A DNA stretch of 64,000 bases from a bacterium (GCA_965218795.1 OZ244653.1:1088001-1152000), one strand, 5' to 3'. Counted from the stretch's first letter, positions 30,028 through 41,455 are shown. Notes: generated from the letters alone by a model not told the origin. Numbers and translations: made by a program.

Positions 30028-31386
30028 ATGCCGACGAATTGGAATCGTCTTGGGTATCTGATCCTCCTCCTCATCTTTTTCTGCGGACCCTCGCCTGCGC
30101 CCGCAGAAGAGATCCAGATCTCCGTTTGGGCCCCCGCGGACCAAAATGAGCGCTATCGTCACGAGGGGCTCCGTCTGGCCGCAGTGATCCTCAATGAAGA
30201 ACTGAAGATCGAAGGGCGCAATCTTCGCGTTTCCGTTCGCGCCCAGGCATTTTCCGGGGCACAGACGTGGCAGAAGCTGAAGCAGGGTTTTTCCCTGGCG
30301 GTCGAAGCCGGCAAGGGGCCCCATATCATTGTGGGGGGCCACGAGGACATCCCCATCTGGGGGCGCGCCGGGCTGATCCAGGCGGTGGAGGACATCGTGG
30401 ATCTGGAACAATGGCCCTTCAGCGACGTGTATCCGAACCTATGGCCCATGATGACCTATGACGGCCGGGTCTGGGGGGTCCCACAGGATGCGGAATGCAG
30501 ACCGTTCTTCGGGTGGATCCCCCACTTGAAGGCGATTGGATACTCCGATTCCGAGATTGAAGGTCTCCCCGCGAAGATCCAGTCCGGCCGATACACCCTC
30601 CGGGATGTGTTGAGGGATGCCAAGAAGATTCAGGATGCGGGGTTGGTGGCCAAGGGCTACGGCTTTTACCCGCGGCCGACCAAGGGCGGTGACTTTTGGC
30701 AGTTTTATCTGTCGAACGGGGCCCGATGGCTGGATTCGGAGAGCGGAAAACTCATCCTGGACAAAAAAGCCCTCCTGGAATACTACCGCTTCTTCCATGA
30801 GGCGGTTTTCAAATACGGCGTGACGAAAAAGAACCACCTGGGCATGAACTGGGACCAGTGGTATCGGGAGGTGGCCGCGGGGAAGGCGGGACTCTGGCAC
30901 GGCGGCTCCTGGCACTACGCCCGGTATACCCGCAAAGAGGGCCTGACGAATTTCTTCGACAAGGTGATGTTTTCCCTGATCCCCGCGGGAGGGAAACGCG
31001 GCCGCGCGCTCACCCTGACCCACCCTCTGGTCTACCTGATATCCACGCGAGCCCGCGGGCAGACGGCTGATCTTGCGGGGCGTCTGATCGCCATCGTCTC
31101 CGGGCCCCGGCTGAACACGCTGCACGCAATCTCCTCCGCCCATCTCGGAATCACCCGTTCCCAGGAGAAACTGGCCCAATACGCCGATGACCGGTGGACA
31201 GCCGAGGCGACGAAACTTCTCAGGCACGCGACCGCCCTGCCCAACCACCTCCACTTCGGCCGGTTCGATCAAATCGTCTGGAAGGGATTGACGGCCGCCT
31301 GGACGGGGACGGCTCCCGGCAAAGCGGTCGAAACGGTTGTACGGGAAATCCAATCGACCATGGGGGACAAGGTCCTCATCCGGTAG
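30028..31386 (+). CDS. Carbohydrate ABC transporter substrate-binding protein
   Basis: RBS aggagg, signal peptide, AGKGPHI, DGRVWGVPQDAE; first gene of an SBP-permease-permease-ATPase set. Confidence 0.88.
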   Translation: MPTNWNRLGYLILLLIFFCGPSPAPAEEIQISVWAPADQNERYRHEGLRLAAVILNEELKIEGRNLRVSVRAQAFSGAQTWQKLKQGFSLAVEAGKGPHIIVGGHEDIPIWGRAGLIQAVEDIVDLEQWPFSDVYPNLWPMMTYDGRVWGVPQDAECRPFFGWIPHLKAIGYSDSEIEGLPAKIQSGRYTLRDVLRDAKKIQDAGLVAKGYGFYPRPTKGGDFWQFYLSNGARWLDSESGKLILDKKALLEYYRFFHEAVFKYGVTKKNHLGMNWDQWYREVAAGKAGLWHGGSWHYARYTRKEGLTNFFDKVMFSLIPAGGKRGRALTLTHPLVYLISTRARGQTADLAGRLIAIVSGPRLNTLHAISSAHLGITRSQEKLAQYADDRWTAEATKLLRHATALPNHLHFGRFDQIVWKGLTAAWTGTAPGKAVETVVREIQSTMGDKVLIR

Positions 31387-31531
31387 ACCCGGCCGGTTCG
31401 TGCCCTCATCGTCTCCTTCAGGCGCCCGGGCAAGATGGCCGCGTTCCGGCGGAGCCTGAAGCAGAGCTTCCAAGGGACCCCGGAAGATTTCAAGGCTCTC
31501 CCGCCCCTCCACATCGAAGGGACCCACCCGA

Positions 31532-32839
31532 ATGGCTGGACTGCGAAACTGGCTGCCCTTCTGGTTCGTCTTCCCCGCGTGTCTGGCGGTCACCACTTTC
31601 TATCTTATTCCAGCGGTTCTCACCTTCATTTTCAGCTTCACGACGATGGGCTCCGAAACCGGGATCCTGGGCAGCCGATACGTCATTTCGGCAAACGTGA
31701 TTCGGGAGCTTCGCGGTCGCTCCTTCCCTCCCGATGCGCTCCGAAGGATCGACGGGAAGGTGTATGTCTTTGACCGAAAGGGTCTGGAGGCCCTCCGCAA
31801 GCTCCGGCTGAAACCAGGCGTGATGACCGAGATTGAGCGCGCGTTATCAGGAAGGCGGTACACATCCGAACGCGGACTCCTGTCCGACCTGAAGAAGCTG
31901 AAAAAGCGTCCCCGAACGCACTTCGAGCGGAAATCGATCACGCAGAGCGTCGTCCGCACCGTGAAGAACGTCGAGTACGGATCGGCGGGCGATCTTCGAA
32001 AGGGCCTCGCCGGCATAGGGGTTTCCTTGGGAGACCGCCACTTCGCCGCCCTGCTCGACCGGGCGAATCGAGGGTGGAGGTGGACCCTCGGCAACTACCG
32101 GGAGCTGTTCGCCAGTCAGTTCACCGCGCGAATCCTGCTCAACACGGCGTTCTATGTGGGTCTGACCCTTCTTCTGTTCAATACGGGTTTCGCCCTTCTC
32201 CTGGCCACGCTCACCTTTTATCTTCCCGCGGGACAGTCCAGATTCTTTCGGGCGATCTGGCTGATTCCACGAATCAGTCCCTCCGTCATCTACGTTCTGG
32301 TCTGGAAGTGGTTCACCTACGATGCCGGGCTGATGAGCGCCATTCTCGGCGCCGCGGGAATCGGGGCGGAGAACTGGCTGATGGAATATCCATGGACCTT
32401 CATTGTCCTGATCAACGGCTTTGTGGGCGCCAGCATGGGACTGATCATCTTCACCAGCGCGATGCAGGCGATCCCCAGGTCGATCCTCTACGCAGCCGAG
32501 GCCGACGGGGCCTATCCCGTCCAGCAGGTGTTCCGTATCATCCTGCCCCTGATGCGGTGGCCCATCCTCTTCATCACTTCCTACCAGACGCTGAGCCTTC
32601 TGACCTCATGGGAATACATCCAGCTGACGACCGACGGCGGTCCGGGATTCTTCACGACCGAGGTGTGGGCGCTGTACGCTTACCACACCGCTCTTTCCAA
32701 TTACTTCGGCAACCTGCGATACGGATACGGCTCCACCCTCGCGGTCGTCCTGGTTCTGCTCGGTATCGGTTTGGCGTTCATCTATCTGCGGCTGTTCAAT
32801 TTCAGGGCGCTGGTCTCCGACCCGCCCATCGAGAATTGA
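31532..32839 (+). CDS. Carbohydrate ABC transporter permease with a large extracytoplasmic loop
   Basis: EAA-like motif AAEADGA, TDGGPG, YGYGS; basic insert of about 150 aa after TM1. Confidence 0.9.
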   Translation: MAGLRNWLPFWFVFPACLAVTTFYLIPAVLTFIFSFTTMGSETGILGSRYVISANVIRELRGRSFPPDALRRIDGKVYVFDRKGLEALRKLRLKPGVMTEIERALSGRRYTSERGLLSDLKKLKKRPRTHFERKSITQSVVRTVKNVEYGSAGDLRKGLAGIGVSLGDRHFAALLDRANRGWRWTLGNYRELFASQFTARILLNTAFYVGLTLLLFNTGFALLLATLTFYLPAGQSRFFRAIWLIPRISPSVIYVLVWKWFTYDAGLMSAILGAAGIGAENWLMEYPWTFIVLINGFVGASMGLIIFTSAMQAIPRSILYAAEADGAYPVQQVFRIILPLMRWPILFITSYQTLSLLTSWEYIQLTTDGGPGFFTTEVWALYAYHTALSNYFGNLRYGYGSTLAVVLVLLGIGLAFIYLRLFNFRALVSDPPIEN

Positions 32840-32841
32840 AG

Positions 32842-33666
32842 ATGGACGAGAAGAGACGAGCCTGGAAATTGACGGCTGTATTGACCCTGGTCTCCCTCCC
32901 CATTCTGGTGATGTACCTCTGGCTCTTCATCGACAGTTTTTCGCAAGGCGGAAAGGGAACGATTTGGCCCACGGCCTTCACATTGAGAAACTGGCGCTTT
33001 CTTTACGGGACGCTGGACGGCCATCCGTCGATCTGGCCCGTTACGCTCAACACGTTCATTTTTTCGGTGAGCGTGGTCTGCCTTGTCGTCGGGCTGTCCG
33101 CTCCCGCCGGATACGCGCTGTCCCGTCTGAGGTGGGCTTTCCGCAGCCGGTTTCTGGGCGGGATGCTGTTACTCCATTCCTTTCCGAGCATCACGCTGAT
33201 CATCGCCATCTTCGTGATGCTCCAGGCCCTTGGCCTTTACAACACGCTGATCGGAGTCATCCTCGTCAAGGCGTCCCTGGAACTCCCGCTGGGGATCTGG
33301 GTCATGAAAGGCTTCTATGACTCCGTGCCTTGGGAGATCGAAATGGCCGGCCTGCAGGACGGCGCCGGCCGCTTTCAGGTCTGGTACAAGCTCATTCTCC
33401 CCCAAATCAAGCCGGGGATTGCGGCCCTGTCCATCTTCTCCTTCATCGCCGGATGGAGCGAATACGTCATGCCGTTGATCCTGGCGCCGGGCGCGGAAGC
33501 GCAGACCCTGTCCGTCTATCTGGCCGGCCTGCTTCAGGACGATTATCTGTCGGACTTCGGCCTATTCAAGGCCGTGGGCCTTTTTTACATGGTTCCCGTG
33601 ATGATTTTTTATCTGTTCACCCAGGAAAAACTCATGCACATTTACGCCGGAGGCGCAAAGGGCTGA
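32842..33666 (+). CDS. Carbohydrate ABC transporter permease (MalG-like)
   Basis: AGYALSRL, WVMKGFYD, EMAGLQDGA, LPQIKPG. Confidence 0.92.
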   Translation: MDEKRRAWKLTAVLTLVSLPILVMYLWLFIDSFSQGGKGTIWPTAFTLRNWRFLYGTLDGHPSIWPVTLNTFIFSVSVVCLVVGLSAPAGYALSRLRWAFRSRFLGGMLLLHSFPSITLIIAIFVMLQALGLYNTLIGVILVKASLELPLGIWVMKGFYDSVPWEIEMAGLQDGAGRFQVWYKLILPQIKPGIAALSIFSFIAGWSEYVMPLILAPGAEAQTLSVYLAGLLQDDYLSDFGLFKAVGLFYMVPVMIFYLFTQEKLMHIYAGGAKG

Positions 33667-34739
33667 TGCGCGTCGTTCTGAATGGGGTATCCAAATCCTT
33701 CGGCCGGACGCCCGTTATCGAAGATCTGGACTTCGAAGTCCGGGACGGCGAGATGATGGCCTTGCTCGGTCCCTCCGGCTGCGGCAAGACGACAACCCTG
33801 TTATGCGTTTCCGGAATCCACCGCGTGTCCACCGGCCGGATCCTGTTTGGCGAACGCGAGGTTCATCTCCTGAGGCCGCAAGAGCGCAACGTCGGCATCG
33901 TTTTTCAGAATTATGCCCTCTACCCGCACCTCTCCGTCTACGAAAATATCGCCTTCCCCCTCCGGATCCAAAAGGAGACTCAGGGCGAAATCCGTCGAAG
34001 GGTCCAGGAAATCGCCTCGATCCTTCGGGTTCCGGAACTTCTGGATCGCCGTCCTGCGCAGCTGTCCGGAGGTCAGCAGCAAAGGATCGCCCTGGCCCGG
34101 GCATTGGTCCGCGACCCCGACGTCCTCCTGATGGACGAGCCCCTGGCCAATCTCGACGCGGCCCTTCGGCTGGAAATGCGCACCGAGGTCCGCCGAATTC
34201 AGCGGGAAACCGGAGTCAGTGCGATTCTTGTGACGCATGACCAGGTGGAGGCCATGAGCATGTGCGACCGAATCGCCCTGATGCAGGGGGGGCGGATCCA
34301 GCAGGTCGGGACGGCCACGGAGATGTATGAAAAGCCGCGCACCCGGTTCGTGGCGGGCTTTTTGGGTCATCCCCCCATCTCTTTTTGCGAGGGAACCGTC
34401 ACGGACGGGCGTTTCGATGCGGGATCGATCGGTTTCGAATTGCCCGAGAGCGTGCAGCGCGCCATTCCGTCCTCGGAAACCAGGATCGCCATCGGGATTC
34501 GGCCGGAGCACTTTCAGCCTGAACTCGATGTCAAGGTGGAGGGCGAGATCTCGTTCATCGAACCGCTGGGGCGGGAAACGGTGGTGGATGTCACGCTGAC
34601 GGACGGGAAACTCGTCCGCTCCGTCCGGAGCGGCAAGCCGTCCTTTCGAGTCGGGGATTCGGTTCGCTGGGGGTTTGAAAAGGAATCGCTGCTCTACTTC
34701 GATTCACGAGGAAACCGGCTCAAGCCGTCTGAATTCTGA
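33666..34739 (+). CDS. ABC transporter ATP-binding protein (MalK-like)
   Basis: GPSGCGKT, FQNYALYPH, LSGGQQQR, MDEP, VTHDQ, C-terminal TOBE. Confidence 0.95.
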   Translation: MRVVLNGVSKSFGRTPVIEDLDFEVRDGEMMALLGPSGCGKTTTLLCVSGIHRVSTGRILFGEREVHLLRPQERNVGIVFQNYALYPHLSVYENIAFPLRIQKETQGEIRRRVQEIASILRVPELLDRRPAQLSGGQQQRIALARALVRDPDVLLMDEPLANLDAALRLEMRTEVRRIQRETGVSAILVTHDQVEAMSMCDRIALMQGGRIQQVGTATEMYEKPRTRFVAGFLGHPPISFCEGTVTDGRFDAGSIGFELPESVQRAIPSSETRIAIGIRPEHFQPELDVKVEGEISFIEPLGRETVVDVTLTDGKLVRSVRSGKPSFRVGDSVRWGFEKESLLYFDSRGNRLKPSEF

Positions 34740-34802
34740 CCAGGTGCTTCTGAACCGGTCCTTGCGCCTTAGAATATCGGGTTGTTTTCGGCAGGGCATA
34801 AA

Positions 34803-36064
34803 ATGAAAAACATAAAGAATACTGAACTTTCCGGTTTTCAATCAATCATTCACGTCAATGAAAAGGCCGGACGGTTCGGTGGAACGGAAGAGTATATCGA
34901 TACACTCGTCCAGACATGCACTGATCGAGGAGTTCGATCATGCCTTGTGTATGGAAAAAGGCACGGTACCGTCGGTCCGGACCTGAATCTGATTGAGGTG
35001 CCGGGTCTGGAAGACCGTAATGCAGGCGTGTTTCTCAACGAGTGAGAGCCTCGGTTGATAAGCTTCAACCTGACGTTGTATATGTGCACAACCTCTTCGA
35101 TGGTCGGGTCCTGCAGGCGTTGGGAAAACCCGGGAGAAGTTATGCGCTTTTGATGTATATTCATGATCATTATTTAACCTGTCTTACGGAATTACGCGCA
35201 AGCCATGATGAAAAAATGGTGTAAGAACGATTGTCCTCAAACTGTCTGGAACAAATAGCCAAAGGAGTCTGTGTAAAGCGTCATGCTGATCGGTCCTATT
35301 CCACCGAGGATCTTCAAGCAAGAAAGCAACTGCTCGAATCGATAAGATATTCGGATGCGCTTGTTGTCATCAGTCCGTATATGAAAGAAGTCCTGCAAAG
35401 CAATATGCCGGCTGTTGCGGACAGGATACACATTCTCCCTCGTCAGATACGGCAACCCGCTCATCCGCCTGTTCGATCGGCACGCGACGCTGTTCATATC
35501 GGCTATGTGGGAAGAATCGCTCATGAGAAGGGATTGCACGTCGCTTTAGACGCCCACCGGCATTTACCTGTGAACCAACCGATCAGCTTTTCCGTTGCCG
35601 GAGTGCAGGAGAACAAAGCCTATTGGGAACAATGCCGCGTGGAAATGAAAGAGATACAGAGAGCGAAGCCCACGATTCGGCTCAGGTATTTAGGGGACCT
35701 TTCGTACGAAGGGGTGGACAGACTGTATGGCTCATTGGATATTCTCCTCGTCCCGACCATCTGGGCTGAACCCTTTTGCGCAACGGGCGCGGAAGCGCTT
35801 GCGCATGGGGTGGTTGTCATTGCTTCCGAGATAGGCGGGATACCCACATATCTAAAAGATGGCGAAACCGGGATACTTGCCCCTCCCCGGGATGCGAAAG
35901 CGCTCAGCGCGGCTCTGGAGCGTGTGATGAAGGAACCGAGGGCCTCGGCCAGGGTTCAGGAAAACGGCAGATCACTTATTGCAACACGATTCACCTCTGA
36001 AAAACACTTTGAAGCCTTACGAAATCTTGTCGGACAGATCAAGGCAGCAATGAGATATGCGTAA
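34803..36064 (+). pseudogene. Glycosyltransferase family 4, disrupted
   Basis: GGTEEY...QPDVVYVHN...YIHDH...YVGRIAHEKG...EPFCATGAEALAHG; frameshift at about 35042 and in-frame TAA at 35222-35224; AT-rich. Confidence 0.82.
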
Positions 36065-36167
36065 GACTAGGCATCTTCCCAAACAGATGATATCTTTCAA
36101 AGAGGCATGAGACCCCCCGGAAGCCTGCTCTCGAATGTCTTAGTCGGGGGACAGAGCGGGAGAAGCC

Positions 36168-36450
36168 ATGACAAGGGCAGAGAAGAAGGTCGTGAAACAG
36201 CGACTCAGCGCCCTGCAGCTGGCCGAGGCCCTGGGCAACGTAGTGGATTCCCGCTTCCGCGGGAATGGCAAGACGGGGGCTGCATGGTCCTGTTCGGTCA
36301 TTCCTGCGCAGGCAGGAATCCAGGGAGGGGGTAAGCTGGCAGATTGCAACAGGAATCCGGGGGCAGGCCCCCTGCCGAATACATGCAGGTGCAGGCCATA
36401 CTGACCGACAACGGTCGGGAGTACTGGGGGAAGGAAACGCATCCCTATAC
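36168..36450 (+). mobile_element. IS481-family transposase remnant
   Basis: N-terminal MTRAEKKVVKQRLSALQLAEALGNV and integrase-core ILTDNGREYWGKETHPY, with the middle replaced by REP-like repeats. Confidence 0.7.
36244..36323. repeat. Inverted pair of GTCATTCC-type REP-like palindromes
   Basis: tggattcccgcttccgcgggaatggc (36244-36269) and gtcattcctgcgcaggcaggaatccag (36297-36323). Confidence 0.7.
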
Positions 36451-36561
36451 AGCGGCCAGTTGTCTCGCCCAATCGCCACGACGGCTCCAAATCCCTGCGG
36501 TGCCGGCCTTGCAGGCCGCCAGCTCTCTCACACCAATGCCGCACAACGTCGTCGCCAGACA

Positions 36562-36596
36562 TAAAAAAACCCCGGTGAATTCCTTCACCGGGGGTC
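36562..36596 (-). terminator. Intrinsic terminator downstream of tRNA-fMet
   Basis: Minus strand ccccggtgaa-ggaa-ttcaccgggg followed by T7. Confidence 0.85.
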
Positions 36597-36665
36597 GGAC
36601 GGAGAACTCAGAGTCCAGACAAGGCCGGCGATGCCGGCAACCCTTCACTCCCCAATGCTTTTTTC

Positions 36666-36742
<77 letters not shown>

Positions 36743-36803
36743 TCGTTTTCAAGCTCCCCTATGGATAGTTCATGAACGTGGATTTGTCAAGACAGACGCG
36801 GGA

Positions 36804-37241
36804 TTATCGCTTCTCGATGAACTCGTAAACGGTATCCCCCGGCCTGACCAATCCCAAGACGTCCCGGGCGATGCGCTCGACTTCGTCCGGGTCATTCCTG
36901 AGACGACCGATCTCGGCCTGCAACGCCGTATTTTCCTCCGCCAGACGGTTCATATCGGCACGCATCGACGCAACCTGCTCCGCAAGACGGAGCACGTCGA
37001 GGATCCCCTGGTCGCGGAACAACGCCACGCCCAATATCCCAAGGCTTACGGCAACCATGAAAATGACCATCAACCGGGAGAGACTCAGCCGACCGGACTG
37101 GAGCCAGGTCCGCAACCTGGAGGTCTTTTTCGGCGCTTTCCGCCCCTTGCGGGCGGCCATGACGGCCTTGCGGCTGCCCTTCCCCGAGGCAGACCCTCTC
37201 CCCTGCTTCCCGTCTTTCCGCGATTTGGAAAACACGTTCAC
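36804..37241 (-). CDS. ftsB: Septum formation initiator (FtsB/DivIC)
   Basis: Single TM, coiled coil, L..D...ERIARDVLGLVRPGD.V. Confidence 0.88.
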   Translation of the reverse strand: MNVFSKSRKDGKQGRGSASGKGSRKAVMAARKGRKAPKKTSRLRTWLQSGRLSLSRLMVIFMVAVSLGILGVALFRDQGILDVLRLAEQVASMRADMNRLAEENTALQAEIGRLRNDPDEVERIARDVLGLVRPGDTVYEFIEKR

Positions 37242-37257
37242 ATCGTCCTCTCAAAAC

Positions 37258-38538
37258 TCAAAGAGCGCTCAAGACCCGGCGGGCCGCCGCGCCTGTCAAG
37301 GCCACATCTTCCTCGGTGTGCGCGAGGGATACGAAACCGGCCTCGAACTGTGAAGGCGCCAGATTCACTCCTTCCGCCAACATGGCGTGGAAGTATCGCC
37401 CGTAACGATCGGCATCAGCCCTCTTGGCCGAGAGGAAGTCATGAACGGGGCCCTCCGTGAAGAACCCGCAAAATACCGAACCTGTCCGGTTCAGGGTCAC
37501 CGTCACGCCGGCTTCATCGGCTGCGGACCGGAGATCTCCCTCCAGTTGCGCGGCTCGTTCCTCCAGCGATTCATACACGCCCTCCGCCCGCAGACCCTCG
37601 AGCGTTGCGATCCCCGCGGCCATGGCCAGGGGGTTTCCCGCGAGGGTTCCGGCCTGATAGACGGCCCCCTGGGGGGCGACGCACTCCATCACATCCTGCC
37701 GGCCCCCATAGGCGCCGACCGGAAGGCCGCCGCCCAGGATCTTCCCAAGGCAGGTCAGGTCGGGCTGAACGCCGTACAACTCCTGCGCTCCGCCGCGCGC
37801 AACCCGAAAACCGGTGATCACCTCATCGAAAATGAGCAACGCGCCCGCGGTCTCGGTCTGTTCGCGGAGGCCCTCGAGAAATCCCGGCGCCGGGGGGATC
37901 ACGCCGCAGTTCGCCGCTATCGGCTCGACGATCACGGCGGCGATCTCGCCTCCCCGCGACCGGAGGAGGGTCTCGACCGCGTCGAGGTCGTTGAAGGGAA
38001 GCGTCAGGGTCAACTCCGCGTACCCGGCGGGGACGCCCGCGCTGTCCGGGATGCCGAACGTGAGGGCCCCCGATCCCGCCTTCACCAGAAGCCCGTCGGA
38101 GTGCCCGTGATAGCAGCCTTCGAGCTTGACGATGAGATCACGGCCCGTGAATCCTCGGGCAACGCGGAGGGCGCTCATCGCCGCTTCGGTTCCCGAGTTG
38201 ACCATTCGGAGCATTTCGATCGACGGAAAGGCCTCCATGACCAGCCGCGCCAGCCTGGACTCCATCTCCGTTGGAGCGCCAAAGCTCGTGCCGCCTTCCG
38301 CCGCCTCGCACACGGCCCGCACGACATCCGGACAGGCATGGCCGAGGATCAGCGGGCCCCAGGAGCCGAGGTAATCAATATACTCGTTCCCGTCTTCGTC
38401 CCAGATGCGGGAACCCATTCCCCGCTTGACGAAAGGAGGGCTCCCCCCAACCGCCCGAAACGCGCGGACCGGACTGTTCACGCCGCCCGGGAAAAGGCGC
38501 TGGGCATCCTCGAACAGTTCCAGGGATTTACTGGACAT
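37258..38538 (-). CDS. hemL: Glutamate-1-semialdehyde 2,1-aminomutase
   Basis: [51 protein letters not shown]. Confidence 0.98.
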   Translation of the reverse strand: MSSKSLELFEDAQRLFPGGVNSPVRAFRAVGGSPPFVKRGMGSRIWDEDGNEYIDYLGSWGPLILGHACPDVVRAVCEAAEGGTSFGAPTEMESRLARLVMEAFPSIEMLRMVNSGTEAAMSALRVARGFTGRDLIVKLEGCYHGHSDGLLVKAGSGALTFGIPDSAGVPAGYAELTLTLPFNDLDAVETLLRSRGGEIAAVIVEPIAANCGVIPPAPGFLEGLREQTETAGALLIFDEVITGFRVARGGAQELYGVQPDLTCLGKILGGGLPVGAYGGRQDVMECVAPQGAVYQAGTLAGNPLAMAAGIATLEGLRAEGVYESLEERAAQLEGDLRSAADEAGVTVTLNRTGSVFCGFFTEGPVHDFLSAKRADADRYGRYFHAMLAEGVNLAPSQFEAGFVSLAHTEEDVALTGAAARRVLSAL

Positions 38539-39409
38539 ACTTTCCGATAATGGGTTTCAGGCGTTCCTTGGCTTCCGCAGGAATCCTGTCGGGCGCGGTA
38601 ATGATTCCTCCTTCGAGCGCCCGGCCGCAATCGCAGGAGCGCTCCTGCGGCAACATGGACACCACCTCCCGAATGAGCTGTCGGCCGCGCTCGACGTTGG
38701 CCAGGAGGACGGCGATGATGGCTTCTGTCGAGACGTGATGCGCTTCCTCCTCGCGCCAGCAGTCGTAGTCGGTCACCAGGGCGATCGTCCCGTAGCAGAT
38801 CTCGGCCTCGCGCGCCAGCTTGGCCTCGGTCACATTCGTCATTCCTATCACACTGACGCCCCAGGACCGGTACAGAAACGATTCTCCACGCGTCGAGAAC
38901 TGTGGACCTTCGATGCACACGTAGGTTCCCCCCGCATGATACGCGACACCGCATTTCTGCGCGGCCTTCTCATAGGTCCGACAGACCTGGTCGCAAACCG
39001 GGCGGGCCATGGCCACATGTCCCACAACGCCGTCTCCGAAGAATGTCGAGGCCCGCTTGGTCGTCCGGTCGATGAACTGGTCGGGGAACACCACGTCCGA
39101 GGGGTGGATCTCATCCTTCATGCTGCCGACTGCGCTGACGGAGAGGATGCGGTCCGCGCCCAGGAGCTTCATTCCGTAGATATTGGCTCGAAAATTCACT
39201 TCCGAGGGGGAATAAACGTGGCCGCGTCCGTGGCGGGAGAGAAACGCCATGGGCCGGTCGCCGAGGCTGCCGAGAATAAATGAATCGGAGGGAGGGCCGA
39301 AGGGGGTATCGAGGGTCACTTCTTCCACGTCGGCCAATTCGGGCATTTCGTAAAGCCCGCTGCCGCCGATCACACCGATGCGTCCGGTGACCCCATGGTG
39401 TTCCTCCAA
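38528..39409 (-). CDS. mtnP: S-methyl-5'-thioadenosine phosphorylase
   Basis: [44 protein letters not shown]. Confidence 0.95.
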   Translation of the reverse strand: MEEHHGVTGRIGVIGGSGLYEMPELADVEEVTLDTPFGPPSDSFILGSLGDRPMAFLSRHGRGHVYSPSEVNFRANIYGMKLLGADRILSVSAVGSMKDEIHPSDVVFPDQFIDRTTKRASTFFGDGVVGHVAMARPVCDQVCRTYEKAAQKCGVAYHAGGTYVCIEGPQFSTRGESFLYRSWGVSVIGMTNVTEAKLAREAEICYGTIALVTDYDCWREEEAHHVSTEAIIAVLLANVERGRQLIREVVSMLPQERSCDCGRALEGGIITAPDRIPAEAKERLKPIIGKYVQ

Positions 39410-39509
39410 AAAGATATCTCCCGGAAACCCGATCCCTTAAAGTAACTTCTCAAGTCCGGCCGAAGGAGATTATCACCGGCGGAAGCATTGGGTCAACCGA
39501 AAAACCCCT

Positions 39510-39755
39510 TCATTCTCCTTCCAAAGGGGCGCGAAACTGGTCCCACAAACGCTCGAAACGGCTCGCGTAGACCATCTCGTAGAGTTCCATCCGATCCGGA
39601 AACAGCCGCTCACACTCTTCCCGCACCCGACTCTTCTCAATCTCGATGTCGATACGGGGATAATCTTCCAGCAGGATGAGAGATGAGACCTGATCCGCCA
39701 TTCGGCTGAGACGCCGGGCGGCCTCCCTTTCCCGTCGAAGCTCATCAGAAACCAT
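39510..39755 (-). CDS. Small hypothetical protein
   Basis: RBS gaggtg, helical 81-aa ORF (LFPDRMELYEMVYASRFERLWDQFR), good codon bias. Confidence 0.7.
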   Translation of the reverse strand: MVSDELRREREAARRLSRMADQVSSLILLEDYPRIDIEIEKSRVREECERLFPDRMELYEMVYASRFERLWDQFRAPLEGE

Positions 39756-39808
39756 GATGTTCACCTCTCAGGCCGGCAAAGGGATTACGGTCTTTGTTGC
39801 GCTCGGAT

Positions 39809-40831
39809 TCAATCCCCGCGGGGCCCTCCTCGATGAGAGACCTGGGGCAGCACGCCGGCGGCCAGGACCTTCATATAATTGTCTGAATCGTCCGTAATCG
39901 GGAGAATGAACACCGCATCCGCCCCCAAGCCGGCAATTGACGAGAACCGCTCGGCGCATTCCTCCGGCGTTCCGGCAATTCCGAACCTATCGATCCACTC
40001 GTCGGGGATTGTATCGACCACACCCTGATGGGACGCGGTCACGCGATAGTGTTGCGTGTATTGATAGTCTTTCAGTGCGCGAATCCGCTCCGCCTTCGGG
40101 ATCCCGGAGACGTCTTCCGGGAGGGGCATGGAAAGCCGGCGCGCCACCCAGGCGCGGATATTCCGTCTTGTCTCCGGGCGATCTGCGGAGACGGCGCATC
40201 CGACAAAAACGATCAACTGGAATTCGGACCAGCCACGGCCGCTTTTCTTCAGGCCGGATTCAATACAGCCCTTCACCCACCCGAGGATCTTCGGTGAGAT
40301 GCCGGCGCTGACGATGGCGCCGTCGGCCACCTCTCCGGCCATTTCGAGCATTTTGGGTCCGTTGGCGGCCAGGCATACGGGGACCCGGACCGGCCGGTCG
40401 TCGTTGAAAGCCGGGACCGGATTACCGCCGAAGGTCCCCTCTTTTCCCCGGATGAGATCCCGAACGCAGGAAACCACCTCCCGGCAGTAAGCGAGGTCTG
40501 CGGGAGGCATACCCAGATGAAGCAGCGCGGTGTTTCCGACCCCGATCCCGAGCAGGAAACGCTCACCGGCCAAGTCGGTCACGGTGACGGCCGAACGCGC
40601 CAGAACCGCGGGATGCCGCGTCCGGGGATTACTGACCCCGACACCCAGAGCGATGCGCTCGGTCTTATCCGCCAATCGGCCCAGCAGCGTGTAGGGGTCG
40701 GGCCAGATCCCTTGGGAATCGGCCATCCAGAGCCGATCGAAGCCGTATCCCTCAACCTTCTCGCATACCCTCAGCAACTCCCGGGTGGAACTGAACGCTT
40801 CCTGGGGAAAACCGCCGATTCCGATTTCCAT
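39809..40831 (-). CDS. LLM-class oxidoreductase (Mer/F420-dependent-like)
   Basis: GFDRLWMADSQ, GVSNPRTRHP, AANGPKMLEMAGEVADG, AGTPEEC. Confidence 0.9.
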   Translation of the reverse strand: MEIGIGGFPQEAFSSTRELLRVCEKVEGYGFDRLWMADSQGIWPDPYTLLGRLADKTERIALGVGVSNPRTRHPAVLARSAVTVTDLAGERFLLGIGVGNTALLHLGMPPADLAYCREVVSCVRDLIRGKEGTFGGNPVPAFNDDRPVRVPVCLAANGPKMLEMAGEVADGAIVSAGISPKILGWVKGCIESGLKKSGRGWSEFQLIVFVGCAVSADRPETRRNIRAWVARRLSMPLPEDVSGIPKAERIRALKDYQYTQHYRVTASHQGVVDTIPDEWIDRFGIAGTPEECAERFSSIAGLGADAVFILPITDDSDNYMKVLAAGVLPQVSHRGGPRGD

Positions 40832-40908
40832 GGTCAGACCTCCCCCCCCCCGAAAGCCTCTCGGGCTTCGTCCGGCTCACTTTCCCGCACAAGGAACCTG
40901 CCGCTCCT

Positions 40909-41433
40909 TTATTCTCCGCGCACTTCTCCGATGAAGGCGGAAGCCGGACGCAGGAGGATCGAGTGAACCCGCCCGGAGGTGCCGGTCCGAACCTCGAACC
41001 GCAACCGGGGATCCACCGTCATCACCTGGCCGATCGCCACGCCGTAGCGCATGACGGGCCGCCGTCTCCATTTCGAATACTTCTTCAGATATGCAAAGGG
41101 CCTGCCTCCGAACTCCTGGCCCTCCATTCGATCCAGACGCTTGACGAGGTCTGCCCGGCCCATTTCCCCCAAGTCTTCGGCCATGAATTCCAGTTCAGAC
41201 AATTCCAGGATCGAAATTCTGGCCCCGCCTTCGGGGTCGAGCACCACAGCCAATGGAACCGCCCCTTGACCGGCCCGCGCATACACCAGGACGGCCTTGT
41301 ACCGGACATCCAGCAATCCCGACAAGAGCCCTTCGAAAGGCGAGGGAGGTCTCCTGGGCGAGGCGCACGCGATGACCCCGAACAGAATCCCCAATGATAA
41401 GAGCTGATTCCGGAACCGCCGTCCCGATATCAC
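40909..41433 (-). CDS. Hypothetical protein, probable lipoprotein
   Basis: Basic N-terminus, hydrophobic stretch and VIAC lipobox-like site; start uncertain. Confidence 0.55.
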   Translation of the reverse strand: MISGRRFRNQLLSLGILFGVIACASPRRPPSPFEGLLSGLLDVRYKAVLVYARAGQGAVPLAVVLDPEGGARISILELSELEFMAEDLGEMGRADLVKRLDRMEGQEFGGRPFAYLKKYSKWRRRPVMRYGVAIGQVMTVDPRLRFEVRTGTSGRVHSILLRPASAFIGEVRGE

Positions 41434-41455
41434 GAATTTCCCTTCCGCATGAATG

